64,000 nucleotides of DNA from Candidatus Latescibacterota bacterium (GCA_965222605.1 OZ244960.1:1504001-1568000), one strand, 5' to 3'; shown: positions 28,441 through 38,877, counted from the first letter of the stretch. Made by a program: numbers and translations. The notes: generated by a model from the letters alone, not told the origin.

Positions 28441-28956
28441 ATGAAAATAGACCTGAGAGATATACGGGAAGGCGAAACCGAATTCGCGTTTGAAGAAACG
28501 CCAGCCGACCTGCACATTACCGAAGAAGACACCCAATTTGCAGGTGCCATAAACACCCGTCTCGTCGTGTACAAATTTGGCGACTCGCTCTCGGCCAAAG
28601 GTCAAACCACCTGTCTCGTGCGCCCCGAATGCGCGCGGTGCCTGGAATCCATCGAATTTCCCATGGCAGTCTCATACACATTCGTTTTTCAAAAAGGTCG
28701 TCCCGACCAGATGAACGATGACGATGACGAAACGCTGATCTGGCTCAATGAAGAACCCGGCGAAATAGACCTGGGCAATCACGTAAAAGATTATATTTTG
28801 CTCGAACTACCCATGATTCCAACTTGCGCTGCATTGCCTTCTGGCCCTTGTGAACGCTATGAGCAAGACCCCCACGAATTGCTGGAATACACGCGCGAAA
28901 AGAGCACTGACCCGCGTTGGGATGCTCTCCGCGCACTCAAAGAAAGCGAACAGTAA
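28441..28956 (+). CDS. yceD: YceD/DUF177 family protein
   Basis: CARCLE, ILLELPM, DPRWDAL; precedes rpmF. Confidence 0.9.
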   Translation: MKIDLRDIREGETEFAFEETPADLHITEEDTQFAGAINTRLVVYKFGDSLSAKGQTTCLVRPECARCLESIEFPMAVSYTFVFQKGRPDQMNDDDDETLIWLNEEPGEIDLGNHVKDYILLELPMIPTCAALPSGPCERYEQDPHELLEYTREKSTDPRWDALRALKESEQ

Positions 28957-28985
28957 ACGGAGCATTAATCAAAAAGGAATACCCT

Positions 28986-29168
28986 ATGGCAAACCCCAAA
29001 CGAAAAAGTTCACGTTCTCGCACAGGTAAACGCCGTGCCAATTGGAAGCTGCGTCAACCCACCTTTAACGAGTGCCCCAACTGCGGGCAACAAAAAATAC
29101 CCCATCGGGTCTGTGGAAATTGCGGTTATTACAATGGGCGCGAAGTGGTTGAAACCGATGGCTTTTAA
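28986..29168 (+). CDS. rpmF: 50S ribosomal protein L32
   Basis: [17 protein letters not shown]...CPNCG...[11 protein letters not shown]. Confidence 0.95.
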   Translation: MANPKRKSSRSRTGKRRANWKLRQPTFNECPNCGQQKIPHRVCGNCGYYNGREVVETDGF

Positions 29169-29213
29169 TTTGGGTCTAATGTCGCGCAGACTTTGAGGAG
29201 CAGAGTAATTATC

Positions 29214-30206
29214 ATGTATCCCCTTACAGCCACCATCAGCGGGATTGGGCACTATGTTCCAGAACAAAAGCTGACCAATACCGACCTCGAAAAAATGGTC
29301 GATACATCCGACGAGTGGATCACATCCCGCACCGGCATCAAAGAACGCCGCATCCTCGACAAAGGATTGGGCACCTCTTTTATGGCCCTAAAATCTCTGG
29401 AATCTATTCTGCACAACAAAGGGCTCAATGCCAGAGATCTCGACCTGATCATCGTTGCGACCATCACGCCCGACATGGTATTTCCGGCAACAGCCTGTCT
29501 GGTACAGGACCAAATTGGCGCCACAAATGCCTGGGCTTTCGATCTATCGGCAGCCTGTAGCGGTTTTCTATATGCCCTGATAGTGGGGGGGCAATTTATT
29601 GAAACGGGCGCACACAAACGCGTAGCCGTCATTGGGGCAGACACAATGAGCAGCATCACAGACTACACCGATCGCGATACCTGTGTGCTCTTTGGCGATG
29701 GCGCGGGCGCAGTTTTACTCGAACCCGGCGAACCCGGTTTGGGGCTTAAAGACTTTATCCTCTATTCTGATGGCAACGGCGTAAAATATCTGCGGCAACC
29801 CGCTGGCGGCAGTCTGCATCCGGCCTCTCGTGAAACCGTTGATAAGAAAATGCACTATATTTATCAAGATGGCCGCGAAGTTTTCAAATTTGCAGTTCCC
29901 AAAATGGCCGAAGTTTCCGCTCAAATTCTGGAACGCAACGGCCTTGTTGGTGAAGACATCGCGCTTTTTGTGCCGCATCAGGCCAACAAGCGCATCATCG
30001 ACGCATGTGTTAAACGCACAGATATACCCAAAGACCGCGTCGTGGTCAATATCGACCGCTATGCCAACACCTCGGCTGCCACCATTCCCATTGGCCTGTC
30101 TGAAGCGGCCGAACAGGGCCGCCTCAATCGCGGTGACAATGTGCTGCTCGCCAGTGCGGGTGCGGGATATACCTGGGGCAGTACTCTGCTAACCTGGGCT
30201 TATTAG
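29214..30206 (+). CDS. fabH: 3-oxoacyl-ACP synthase III
   Basis: DTSDEWI, AACSGF, LFGDGAGA, PHQAN, YANTSAA. Confidence 0.95.
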   Translation: MYPLTATISGIGHYVPEQKLTNTDLEKMVDTSDEWITSRTGIKERRILDKGLGTSFMALKSLESILHNKGLNARDLDLIIVATITPDMVFPATACLVQDQIGATNAWAFDLSAACSGFLYALIVGGQFIETGAHKRVAVIGADTMSSITDYTDRDTCVLFGDGAGAVLLEPGEPGLGLKDFILYSDGNGVKYLRQPAGGSLHPASRETVDKKMHYIYQDGREVFKFAVPKMAEVSAQILERNGLVGEDIALFVPHQANKRIIDACVKRTDIPKDRVVVNIDRYANTSAATIPIGLSEAAEQGRLNRGDNVLLASAGAGYTWGSTLLTWAY

Positions 30207-31124
30207 ATGAATAAAAAAGCGTTTCTATTTCCAGGACAAGGCTCCCAATTTGTTGGCATGGGTCACGACCTGTACAGAAGCGCACCAGAAGCACACAAAA
30301 TTTTTGATCTCGTCGATGATGTGCTCGACATAGACATCAAATCATTCTGCTTCAACGGTCCTGCCGAGTCACTCAAACAAACCGCAGTCACACAACCGGC
30401 AATTTTTGCCCACAGCATTGCCGCCCTTGAAGTAATCAAAAGCCGGGGACTGCACCCCGACCTCGTGGCAGGACACAGCGTCGGAGAACTCGCCGCGCTC
30501 GTTGCGGCAGGTGTTATGCGCGTTGAAGACGGCTTTCGGGTCGTCAGTGTTCGCGGGCATGCCATGCAAGTCGCGGGAAAAATTCGACCAGGCTCCATGG
30601 CCGCAGTACTCGGTCTCAGCGACGACGTGATGATTCAGCTTTGCAAAGACCTCAGTTCTTCGGGTCATGTCACAACAGCCAATTTCAATTGCCCGGGGCA
30701 AGTGGTCCTATCTGGCGAGGAAAGCGCCGTTGAAAAAGCACTCGAAAAAGCCAAAGCACTGGGAGCCAAACGCGCCGTGCTCTTGCCCGTGGGCGGCGCA
30801 TTTCACTCGGCCTTGATGCAACCAGCCATAACAGCACTGACAGATATACTCGACGATGTGCCATTTGCTCGGGCGCAAATCCCCGTGATTCCCAATGTCA
30901 CGGCTGAACCCACATGCGATCCCGTTCTGCTCAAAGACCTGTTGATTGAGCAGGTTATTTCACCCGTTCGCTGGACCGAATCCATGCAACGGCTCATAGC
31001 AGAAGGCATAACCGAGGCCCTCGAAGTGGGGCCAGGCAATGTGCTCAAGGGCCTCATGCGCCGAATTGACCGAAATATTTCAGTCCGCGAAGCTGGCACA
31101 TTGGAAGCTATTGAACAACTTTAG
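30207..31124 (+). CDS. fabD: Malonyl-CoA:ACP transacylase
   Basis: FPGQGSQ, TQPAI, GHSVGE, GAFHS, EVGPG. Confidence 0.95.
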   Translation: MNKKAFLFPGQGSQFVGMGHDLYRSAPEAHKIFDLVDDVLDIDIKSFCFNGPAESLKQTAVTQPAIFAHSIAALEVIKSRGLHPDLVAGHSVGELAALVAAGVMRVEDGFRVVSVRGHAMQVAGKIRPGSMAAVLGLSDDVMIQLCKDLSSSGHVTTANFNCPGQVVLSGEESAVEKALEKAKALGAKRAVLLPVGGAFHSALMQPAITALTDILDDVPFARAQIPVIPNVTAEPTCDPVLLKDLLIEQVISPVRWTESMQRLIAEGITEALEVGPGNVLKGLMRRIDRNISVREAGTLEAIEQL

Positions 31125-31146
31125 AGCCTTTAACTGACAATTACTC

Positions 31147-31893
31147 ATGAACCGACTCACAGGTAAAACAGCTCTCGTAACAGGCGGATCTCGCGGCATT
31201 GGCGAGGCCATTGCCCTGCGCCTTGCGCGCGAAGGGGCCAACGTCGCAGTATGTGCCAGCCAAAGCACAGAAGCCGCAGAAGCCGTGGCCGAAAAAATCC
31301 GCGCACAAGGCCGAGAGGCCATAGCACAACAAACCGATGTATCCAATGCCGAATCGGTTGAAGCCCTTGTCAAGACCGCCCTCGGCACCTGGGGCAAAAT
31401 TGATATACTCGTCAACAATGCGGGTATCGCCCGCGACAATTTGTTGATGCGTATGAAAGAAGACGAGTGGGATGCTGTCCTTGACGTCAATCTCAAAGGT
31501 GCGTACCATTGTATCAAAGCTGTTACCCGTCCCATGATGAAAGCGCGAACCGGTCGTATCATCAACGTCTCATCGGTCGTGGGTCTCATGGGCAATGCCG
31601 GGCAGATCAATTACGCCGCGTCCAAATCGGGCCTTATTGGCTTGACCAAATCGGTAGCCAGAGAATTAGCCAGCCGCAATATTACGGCCAACGCCATTGC
31701 GCCCGGATTTATTCCAACGGACATGACCGCCAAACTCAACCCTAAAATACAAGAACAATTAATCGCTCAGATTCCACTGGGCAAACTCGGCAGCCCCGAA
31801 GATGTCGCCGCTGCCGCAGCCTTTCTCGCTTCTGACGACGCAGCCTATATTACCGGACAGGTTCTCGTTGTCGATGGCGGAATGGTGATGTAA
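31147..31893 (+). CDS. fabG: 3-oxoacyl-ACP reductase
   Basis: TGGSRGIG, NNAGIARD, NYAASK, PGFI. Confidence 0.95.
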   Translation: MNRLTGKTALVTGGSRGIGEAIALRLAREGANVAVCASQSTEAAEAVAEKIRAQGREAIAQQTDVSNAESVEALVKTALGTWGKIDILVNNAGIARDNLLMRMKEDEWDAVLDVNLKGAYHCIKAVTRPMMKARTGRIINVSSVVGLMGNAGQINYAASKSGLIGLTKSVARELASRNITANAIAPGFIPTDMTAKLNPKIQEQLIAQIPLGKLGSPEDVAAAAAFLASDDAAYITGQVLVVDGGMVM

Positions 31894-31924
31894 ATAATCA
31901 CTACACACTACACAGGAGGCTCAC

Positions 31925-32164
31925 ATGACCGATGACATTCAACAAAAAGTTACCGACCTGATCGTTGACCAACTCGGCGTCGATGCCGACAGCGTCAATG
32001 CCGACGCCCATTTTATTGACGATCTGGGTGCAGACTCGCTCGACACAGTCGAACTGGTCATGGCTTTTGAAGAAGAATTTGACATGGAAATCTCCGACGA
32101 AGACGCCGAGAAGCTCGAAACAGTTGGCGATGCCATCGCATACATAGACGAACGTCTGGATTAA
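31925..32164 (+). CDS. acpP: Acyl carrier protein
   Basis: [20 protein letters not shown]. Confidence 0.97.
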   Translation: MTDDIQQKVTDLIVDQLGVDADSVNADAHFIDDLGADSLDTVELVMAFEEEFDMEISDEDAEKLETVGDAIAYIDERLD

Positions 32165-32249
32165 CTCGGAAACTGGAGGCTGGAGATAGACCCTCGATCC
32201 ATTACCAATGGGTGTAGGAACAACTCTCAAGTCTCCAGGAGGTCATTTA

Positions 32250-33500
32250 GTGAACAGACAACGCAGGGTGGTCATCACCGGCATGGGCGCACTTGCCCCC
32301 AATGGCAATACCACAAAAAGCTATTGGGAAGCATTGTGCAACGGACAAACAGGTGTTGGCCCCATAACAAAATTTGACGCCACCGATTTCCGCGTGCAAT
32401 TTGCCGCCGAAGTCAAAAACTTTGATCCAGAGCACTTTGGCATTGACCGTCGAAGCCAGCGGCGCATAGATCTTTTCGCGCAATACGCCATTGCATCGTC
32501 TGTTCAGGCCGTCGAACATGCAGGTCTCGACATCAGTGCCAAACAAGCCGAACGCATCGGGGTTGTATTTGGCTCGGGCATTGGAGGTATCAAAACCTTT
32601 GAAGACCAGCACGATGCCTACCGCAAAGGTGGTCCACGGCGCATCAGCCCGCTTTTTGTGCCCATGATGATCCCCGATATGTCCTCGGGTCAAGTATCCA
32701 TCCATCTCGGTGCCAAAGGCCCCAATTATACCATCGTCACAGCCTGCGCCTCGGCAGCCCATGCCATTGGCAATGCAGCCCGCGAAATTTGGGACGACGA
32801 AGCCGATGTCATGATCACAGGGGGAGCCGAAGCCGCCATTACCCCAATGTCAGTCGGTGGATTTGCCTCGGCGCGAACGCTTTCAACGCGCAACGACGCC
32901 CCAACGCAAGCCAGCCGCCCTTTTGATGCAGACCGAGATGGATTTGTAATTGGCGAAGGTGCCGGCGGGCTTATTCTGGAAGAACTCGAACACGCAACAC
33001 GACGGGGGGCGACTATTTATGCCGAAGTGGTCGGTACGGGATATACCGGCGATGCCTACCACATTACCGATATGGCACCTAACGGCGAGGGAGGTGCCCG
33101 CGCCCTGTGCCGTGCCATGCGACAGGCGCAGATCAATCCAGAAGACGTATCTTATATCAACGCACACGGCACATCAACACCTGTGGGCGATCTGGGAGAA
33201 ACAGCCGCCATCAAATCCGTATTTGGCGACTATGCCAAAAAACTCGCTGTCAGTTCCACAAAATCCATGACCGGACATCTTCTGGGCGCTTCGGGTGCGA
33301 TTGAAACCATCGCAGCAACCCTATCAGTTTACCACAATGTAATACCGCCTACGATCAACTATGAAACACCCGATCCAGAATGCGACCTCGATTACGTGCC
33401 CAACGAAGCCCGGGAAATACCCGTTGAAATAGCCATCAGCAACTCCTTTGGCTTTGGCGGTCACAACGCAGTCCTCATCCTGCGTAAGTTTCGCAACTAA
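32250..33500 (+). CDS. fabF: 3-oxoacyl-ACP synthase II
   Basis: RRVVITGMG, TACAS, NAHGTST, GHLLGA, SNSFGFGGHN; GTG start after aggagg. Confidence 0.95.
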   Translation: MNRQRRVVITGMGALAPNGNTTKSYWEALCNGQTGVGPITKFDATDFRVQFAAEVKNFDPEHFGIDRRSQRRIDLFAQYAIASSVQAVEHAGLDISAKQAERIGVVFGSGIGGIKTFEDQHDAYRKGGPRRISPLFVPMMIPDMSSGQVSIHLGAKGPNYTIVTACASAAHAIGNAAREIWDDEADVMITGGAEAAITPMSVGGFASARTLSTRNDAPTQASRPFDADRDGFVIGEGAGGLILEELEHATRRGATIYAEVVGTGYTGDAYHITDMAPNGEGGARALCRAMRQAQINPEDVSYINAHGTSTPVGDLGETAAIKSVFGDYAKKLAVSSTKSMTGHLLGASGAIETIAATLSVYHNVIPPTINYETPDPECDLDYVPNEAREIPVEIAISNSFGFGGHNAVLILRKFRN

Positions 33501-33511
33501 CGAGACCATAT

Positions 33512-34288
33512 ATGTTACGCGAATTGAGAGGGGGCGGTCTTATCCGACTCGGAACCGTCTTACAAACGATCAAACGCTGGTCCGTAGGCAGCAGAGCGCG
33601 TTCTCAAGAAGAGCTTCAACGCAAACTCGGTTATACCTTTTCCAATACTGCTTTGCTCGAACAAGCACTCAAACACCGGTCTTATGTTTACGTCACTCAG
33701 GAAGGCAGTATTGCTTCTAATGAACGCCTGGAATTTTTGGGCGATGCCGTGCTCGATCTCATTGTGACAGAATATCTCTACAATCGGTTTAAAAACAAAA
33801 GAGAAGGTGAACTCACGCAGATCAAGTCTCTGCTCGTCAGCAAGGTGGTCTTGGCCGAAAAAGGTCGCAACATCCGACTCGGAGAATATCTCTATTTGAG
33901 CAAAGAAGAAATCTCATCTGGCGGGCGCCAACGCACCTCGATCATCGGCGATGCTTTTGAAGCGCTCTTAGGTGCGATTTACCTCGATGGCGGGCTTGAA
34001 GCTGCCCGCTTATTTGTCGAACGCACAATTCTAACCAATGTTGACGAAATCCTCTCCGATGGCAACTATCTCAACTTCAAAAGCCTGCTTCTCGAACACA
34101 CGCAGAGTACAGGCAAGGGCCATCCGCGATATCAGCCCATATCCGAGGAAGGTCCAGATCACCGAAAAATTTTCTTTATTGAAGTAACCCTTCAGGGCGA
34201 TCGATTGGGCGAAGGACAGGGACGCAGCAAAAAAGAAGCCCAACAGATGGCCGCAAAAGACGCGCTCAGACATTTGGGCCTACACTAA
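33512..34288 (+). CDS. rnc: Ribonuclease III
   Basis: NERLEFLGDAVL, DAFEALLGAIYLD, dsRBD with GRSKKEAQQMAA. Confidence 0.95.
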   Translation: MLRELRGGGLIRLGTVLQTIKRWSVGSRARSQEELQRKLGYTFSNTALLEQALKHRSYVYVTQEGSIASNERLEFLGDAVLDLIVTEYLYNRFKNKREGELTQIKSLLVSKVVLAEKGRNIRLGEYLYLSKEEISSGGRQRTSIIGDAFEALLGAIYLDGGLEAARLFVERTILTNVDEILSDGNYLNFKSLLLEHTQSTGKGHPRYQPISEEGPDHRKIFFIEVTLQGDRLGEGQGRSKKEAQQMAAKDALRHLGLH

Positions 34289-34290
34289 CC

Positions 34291-35130
34291 GTGACAAAAT
34301 GCAATCCACCCACATGGCGTTTCCTGAATACCCAACAGGGAAACGCCTTTTTTAATATGGCAGTAGATGAAGCCCTCGTGCGCTCGATCGCAACAGGTGC
34401 TCGGCCTGCCTTTCGCGTTTACGGGTGGCAACCGCCCGCGGTCTCCTTTGGGTATGCACAGCGCATCAGTCGCGAAGTCGATGCCCAAAAAGTTCGCGAG
34501 CGCGGTATCGACATTGTCCGCCGTCCCACCGGTGGACGCGCTGTCTTGCACTGGAACGAACTGACCTACAGCGTTGTCTGCCCTGCCGACAATCCCGTGA
34601 TGGGGGGCAATATCAACGAAGCCTACCGCAAAATCAGCGAGGGCCTTTTGGCGGGTATTCGCGCGCTTGGTGTTGATGCAACCTTTGAATCCCGCCGCCA
34701 AACACAGCCCTCGCCGCGCGGCAAAGAACTCACCTCGCCCTGTTTTACCAGCACGGCGCAATACGAAGTCACATTCAAAGGGCGCAAACTCATCGGCAGC
34801 GCGCAACAGCGCATCGGCACAATGCTCTTGCAGCACGGATCACTCCTGCTCGGCCCAGAGCACAAACAAATCGCCGATCTTCTGCCCAGCGACAAACCTG
34901 GCCTGAAAGAGCGTTTTGCACGAGAACTCAACCGCCACACTACCTCGCTCTCTGAAGCTCTCACATACCCCATCGATTTCGACACGGCGGCCACATCCAT
35001 CCGGCAAGGTATTCAAAACACCTTTAACATCCAACTTGTTGAAGCTACACTCAGCAAAACCGAAATCGCCGAAACCCAACGCCTCATCGCCGAGAAATAC
35101 GCAACCCATGAATGGAACGACAAATATTGA
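34291..35130 (+). CDS. Lipoate-protein ligase / octanoyltransferase (LipM-like)
   Basis: NMAVDEAL, VRRPTGGRAVLH, GRKLIGSAQ, LQHGS. Confidence 0.9.
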   Translation: MTKCNPPTWRFLNTQQGNAFFNMAVDEALVRSIATGARPAFRVYGWQPPAVSFGYAQRISREVDAQKVRERGIDIVRRPTGGRAVLHWNELTYSVVCPADNPVMGGNINEAYRKISEGLLAGIRALGVDATFESRRQTQPSPRGKELTSPCFTSTAQYEVTFKGRKLIGSAQQRIGTMLLQHGSLLLGPEHKQIADLLPSDKPGLKERFARELNRHTTSLSEALTYPIDFDTAATSIRQGIQNTFNIQLVEATLSKTEIAETQRLIAEKYATHEWNDKY

Positions 35131-35536
35131 CTCTTCAAAGACCTGGACCTCACATCCCTTGCGCGAAGAGCCTTTGGCAAAATCTGTTTTACTCGTACTC
35201 ATTATCCTGAGCGTCGCGCTTATTGTCGGCATGAGCTTTCAGAGCATCACCTTCGCCTTTCTTTCACTCGTATTGCTCACCGCGGCGATGTCCCGTTATT
35301 TTTTTACAACGCGCTATGTTCTCGACAATCGAGGTTTTACCATTTCACATATCGGTACGCGCAAGTACCTGTGGACAAATTTTCGCCGCGCTACAATCCA
35401 TCCCGACGGCATCTTCTTAAGCCCTTTTGCCAAACCGCACCGCCTCGACACCTTTCGCGGTCAATTCCTGCGCTCGAAAAAACCCCCTGAGATATACCAT
35501 GTCGTCCAAAAACACATCAATATTGACCCGACTTAA
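35108..35536 (+). CDS. Hypothetical membrane protein
   Basis: Two hydrophobic segments, LSPFAKPHRLDTFRG; overlaps both neighbours. Confidence 0.65.
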   Translation: MNGTTNIDSSKTWTSHPLREEPLAKSVLLVLIILSVALIVGMSFQSITFAFLSLVLLTAAMSRYFFTTRYVLDNRGFTISHIGTRKYLWTNFRRATIHPDGIFLSPFAKPHRLDTFRGQFLRSKKPPEIYHVVQKHINIDPT

Positions 35537-35852
35537 GAATTATTGCGCCCATGCCTTTGCCGTCTCCCCGCCTGAAAGCGCCATCACTGAAGACGATGAA
35601 ATTCTCGCCGAAAAAACCGCCGCCTTCATCGTGAGGCGCAGACTCACAGCACCAGCTATTATGTTACTTGAAACCGGGCGACCCTTTAACTATATTGGCA
35701 GCCAACTTTTGACTTTCTTATCGCCCTTCGTATCTATCATCTTTTCCTCAACAACTGAGTTTGATCGCTTCACGCGCTTTCTCGAAAAGCGAGAAAGCAT
35801 TCCCTGCCTCATTCGCCACATTGAAACCCTGGAAAACAAAAGCCATGGATAA
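35499..35852 (+). CDS. Hypothetical protein
   Basis: IVRRRLTAPAIMLLETGRPFNYIGSQ; stop overlaps the start of the GlmL-like gene. Confidence 0.7.
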   Translation: MSSKNTSILTRLKNYCAHAFAVSPPESAITEDDEILAEKTAAFIVRRRLTAPAIMLLETGRPFNYIGSQLLTFLSPFVSIIFSSTTEFDRFTRFLEKRESIPCLIRHIETLENKSHG

Positions 35853-37632
35853 ACTCGATGTCGTCATCGCTACCGATTGCGGCAGCACCACGACCAAAGC
35901 CATCCTGATTGAAAAAAAGGACGATGTCTATCGCCAGACCTATCGGGGCGAAGCACCAACCACGGTTGAAGCCCCCTATGAAGACGTCACGCGCGGCGTT
36001 CTCAATGCTATTCAAGAAGTCGAAGAACTCTCAGGCAGGCAAATTCTCGATGGCGAAACCATCATCACACCCGCAGAAGACCATCGCGGAGTTGACATCT
36101 ACATTTCTACCAGCAGCGCAGGCGGCGGCCTGCAAATGATGGTTGGCGGCGTCATCCAGACCATGACCGGCGAAAGCGCGCAGCGTTGCGCGCTCGGCGC
36201 AGGTGCCATTGTCATGGACATCCTCGCATCCAACGATGGGCGGCTTCCCCACGAAAAAATCGAACGCATTCGCCAGTTGCGTCCCGATATGGTTCTCCTT
36301 TCGGGCGGCACAGATGGCGGCACCATTTCGCACGTCGTCGAACTGGCTGAATTTATCTCGGCAGCCGACCCCAAACCGCGATTTGGCTCGGGATATCAAC
36401 TCCCCGTCATTTATGCCGGAAACAAAGATGCCGCGCAGGAAATCGAACGCACCCTGGGCGACAAAACAGCCCTCACCATCTCGGAAAATATCCGCCCCAC
36501 GCTCGAGGCAGAAAACCTCGGTCCCGCCCGCCACGTAATCCACGACCTCTTTCTCGAACACGTCATGGCGCAAGCACCGGGCTATCGAAAACTCATCTCC
36601 TGGACAGGGGCGCCCATCATGCCCACGCCCGGCGCGGTTGGCCTCATGATGCAAACCGTATCCAAACAACAAAATATCAATGTCGTGGGCGTTGACATAG
36701 GCGGCGCCACCACCGACGTATTCAGCGTCTTTGAAGATATTTTCAACCGCACGGTATCGGCCAACCTCGGCATGTCCTACAGCGTATCCAACGTACTCGC
36801 CGAAGCGGGCCTCGACGATGTCATGCGCTGGGTACCTTTCAAAATCGACGAAGCCGACCTGCGCGACCGCATCAAAAACAAAATGATCCGACCCACCACA
36901 ATTCCGCAAATGCTCGAAGAACTTCAGGTCGAACAGGCCATTGCCCGCGAAGCCCTCCGTCTGGCCTTTGTACAGCACCGCGCACTCGCCGTAGGTCTCA
37001 AAGGCATACAGGCCGAACGCACCCTGTCCGATGTATTTGACCAATCCGCAGGCGGCGAAAGCCTCATCAAAATGCGCGACCTCGACCTCCTCGTCGGAAG
37101 CGGCGGCGTTTTATCTCACGCCCCGCGTCGAATGCAAACGGCCGCCATGCTCATCGACGCCTTCCAGCCCGAAGGCATCACGCGCCTGGCCGTTGACAGC
37201 ATCTTTATGATGCCACACCTCGGCGTGCTCTCATCGGTCAACGAAATTGCCGCCACACAGGTTTTTGAACGCGACTGCCTCATTTACCTCGGCACGTGTA
37301 TCGCGCCCATCGCCCAGGGCAAACAGAGCGCATCCTGTACGCAATACGAAATTGACCTTCCCAGCGGAACCCAATCGGGCACCCTGAATATTGGCGACTT
37401 TCTGCACTTCCCGCTCGAATCCGATGAGGAAGCACACCTCATTTTACAACCCGAGCGCAACACAGACGCAGGTGCCGGAGCGGGCCGAGAACTGAACACC
37501 ACAGTCAATGGGGGCACCGTCGGGCTGATCCTCGACGGACGCGGTCGCCCCATTGTATTTGCCGAAAATCGATCCGAACGCGCCGATCAAATAAGCCGGT
37601 GGAGCGAGGTTCTCGATCTCTATCCCCGGTAA
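35845..37632 (+). CDS. GlmL (glutamate mutase L)-like ASKHA ATPase
   Basis: ATDCGSTTTK, SSAGGGL, SGGTDGG, YAGN, MPTPGAV, VDIGGATTDVFS, GSGGVLSHAP. Confidence 0.8.
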   Translation: MDKLDVVIATDCGSTTTKAILIEKKDDVYRQTYRGEAPTTVEAPYEDVTRGVLNAIQEVEELSGRQILDGETIITPAEDHRGVDIYISTSSAGGGLQMMVGGVIQTMTGESAQRCALGAGAIVMDILASNDGRLPHEKIERIRQLRPDMVLLSGGTDGGTISHVVELAEFISAADPKPRFGSGYQLPVIYAGNKDAAQEIERTLGDKTALTISENIRPTLEAENLGPARHVIHDLFLEHVMAQAPGYRKLISWTGAPIMPTPGAVGLMMQTVSKQQNINVVGVDIGGATTDVFSVFEDIFNRTVSANLGMSYSVSNVLAEAGLDDVMRWVPFKIDEADLRDRIKNKMIRPTTIPQMLEELQVEQAIAREALRLAFVQHRALAVGLKGIQAERTLSDVFDQSAGGESLIKMRDLDLLVGSGGVLSHAPRRMQTAAMLIDAFQPEGITRLAVDSIFMMPHLGVLSSVNEIAATQVFERDCLIYLGTCIAPIAQGKQSASCTQYEIDLPSGTQSGTLNIGDFLHFPLESDEEAHLILQPERNTDAGAGAGRELNTTVNGGTVGLILDGRGRPIVFAENRSERADQISRWSEVLDLYPR

Positions 37633-37736
37633 GTGAAAGAGCAAGGCAATGATCTTCGGAAATATTTGATTTATTTTTCTTGTAAAGTAGCCCTCGCATT
37701 GTATATTCCGTTACCCGTAACCCCAGGTATTACTCT

Positions 37737-38855
37737 ATGGCACACGCATATACACCCGGCCTCCGCGTTACCCCACAGACCCTTCTTCAACGCCAGCGCC
37801 AACTTCCTCTCAAAGGTGAGGTCGTCGTTTCACAAGGCGATAGCGTGACGCGCGATCAGGTCGTTGCCCACACGCACCTGCCCGGCAACGTCACTACCCT
37901 CAACCTCGTCAACATCTTGAGCTGCACACCGGAAGAACTGCCCAATTACATGCTCAAACGCGAAGGCGACCCCGTCGAAGCCGGTGAACCCATTGCCGAA
38001 ACCCGCCCCTTCATCAAATGGTTCAAAACCACCGTTAAAGCACCCATCAGTGGCACCCTCGAAAACATCTCCAAAATCACCGGGCAAGTCATCTTTCGCG
38101 CGCCCCCGCGCCCCGTTCAGGTCCAGGCATACATAGATGGCAACATAGTTGAAATTCTGCCTGAAGAAGGCGTCATTGTCGAAACCACAGGCGCTTTTAT
38201 ACAGGGTATCTTTGGCATAGGCGGTGAGACCTGGGGACCTCTGCACGTCATCTCCAAAGAGCCAGAGCAAATTTTAACCCCCGATCAAATCGACGACTCG
38301 TGCACGGGTAAAATCGTCGTAGGCGGCAATTTGCTCACCCTCGATGTAATCGACAAAGCGCGGGAAAGCGACGCCGTTGGCATCATTGGAGGCGGTATCC
38401 GCGATTCCGATTTGCGCGAGTTGCTCGGTTACGACCTCGGCGTAGCCATCACCGGCACCGAGAATATTGGCCTCACCGTCATTGTCACCGAAGGCTTTGG
38501 CTCCATCGCAATGGCGAGCAAAACCTTTGACATCCTGAGTGAAAACAATGGTAAAGAAGCCTCGATCTCTGGAGCCACCCAAATTCGCGCTGGCGTTTTG
38601 CGTCCCGAAATCATCATTCCAGCATCCAACATCGGCGAGCAAGTCCAAGAATCCGATCATCCTGGCCTCGTCGAAGGGGCACTCTTGCGCGTGATTCGCG
38701 CACCCTATTTTGGTCATGTGGGCAAAGTCACTGCCCTACCATCCGAATTGCAAACAGTCGAATCCGAAACCCATGTGCGCGTACTCGAAGTCGAATTTGA
38801 CAATGGTGACCGCGCCATTGTCCCGCGCGCCAACGTCGAACTCATCGAAGAGTAA
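37737..38855 (+). CDS. Conserved hypothetical protein with barrel-sandwich (biotinyl/lipoyl-like) hybrid motifs and a C-terminal KOW-like segment
   Basis: GEVVVSQGDSV, EGDPVEAGEPIAET...KAPISG, IQGIFGIGGE, TEGFG, GATQIRAGVLRPE, VPRANVE. Confidence 0.7.
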   Translation: MAHAYTPGLRVTPQTLLQRQRQLPLKGEVVVSQGDSVTRDQVVAHTHLPGNVTTLNLVNILSCTPEELPNYMLKREGDPVEAGEPIAETRPFIKWFKTTVKAPISGTLENISKITGQVIFRAPPRPVQVQAYIDGNIVEILPEEGVIVETTGAFIQGIFGIGGETWGPLHVISKEPEQILTPDQIDDSCTGKIVVGGNLLTLDVIDKARESDAVGIIGGGIRDSDLRELLGYDLGVAITGTENIGLTVIVTEGFGSIAMASKTFDILSENNGKEASISGATQIRAGVLRPEIIIPASNIGEQVQESDHPGLVEGALLRVIRAPYFGHVGKVTALPSELQTVESETHVRVLEVEFDNGDRAIVPRANVELIEE

Positions 38856-38877
38856 ACGACCCATCGGGAGATTGCGT

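Noticed and set aside
29214-33500. Type II polyketide cluster
   Set aside because: Canonical housekeeping fab order with rpmF and rnc; no chain-length factor or cyclase.
35845-37632. Calling the GlmL/'MutL' gene a mismatch-repair MutL or a glutamate mutase
   Set aside because: It has ASKHA motifs rather than the GHKL motifs of repair MutL, and no B12-binding motif or mutase subunits were seen.
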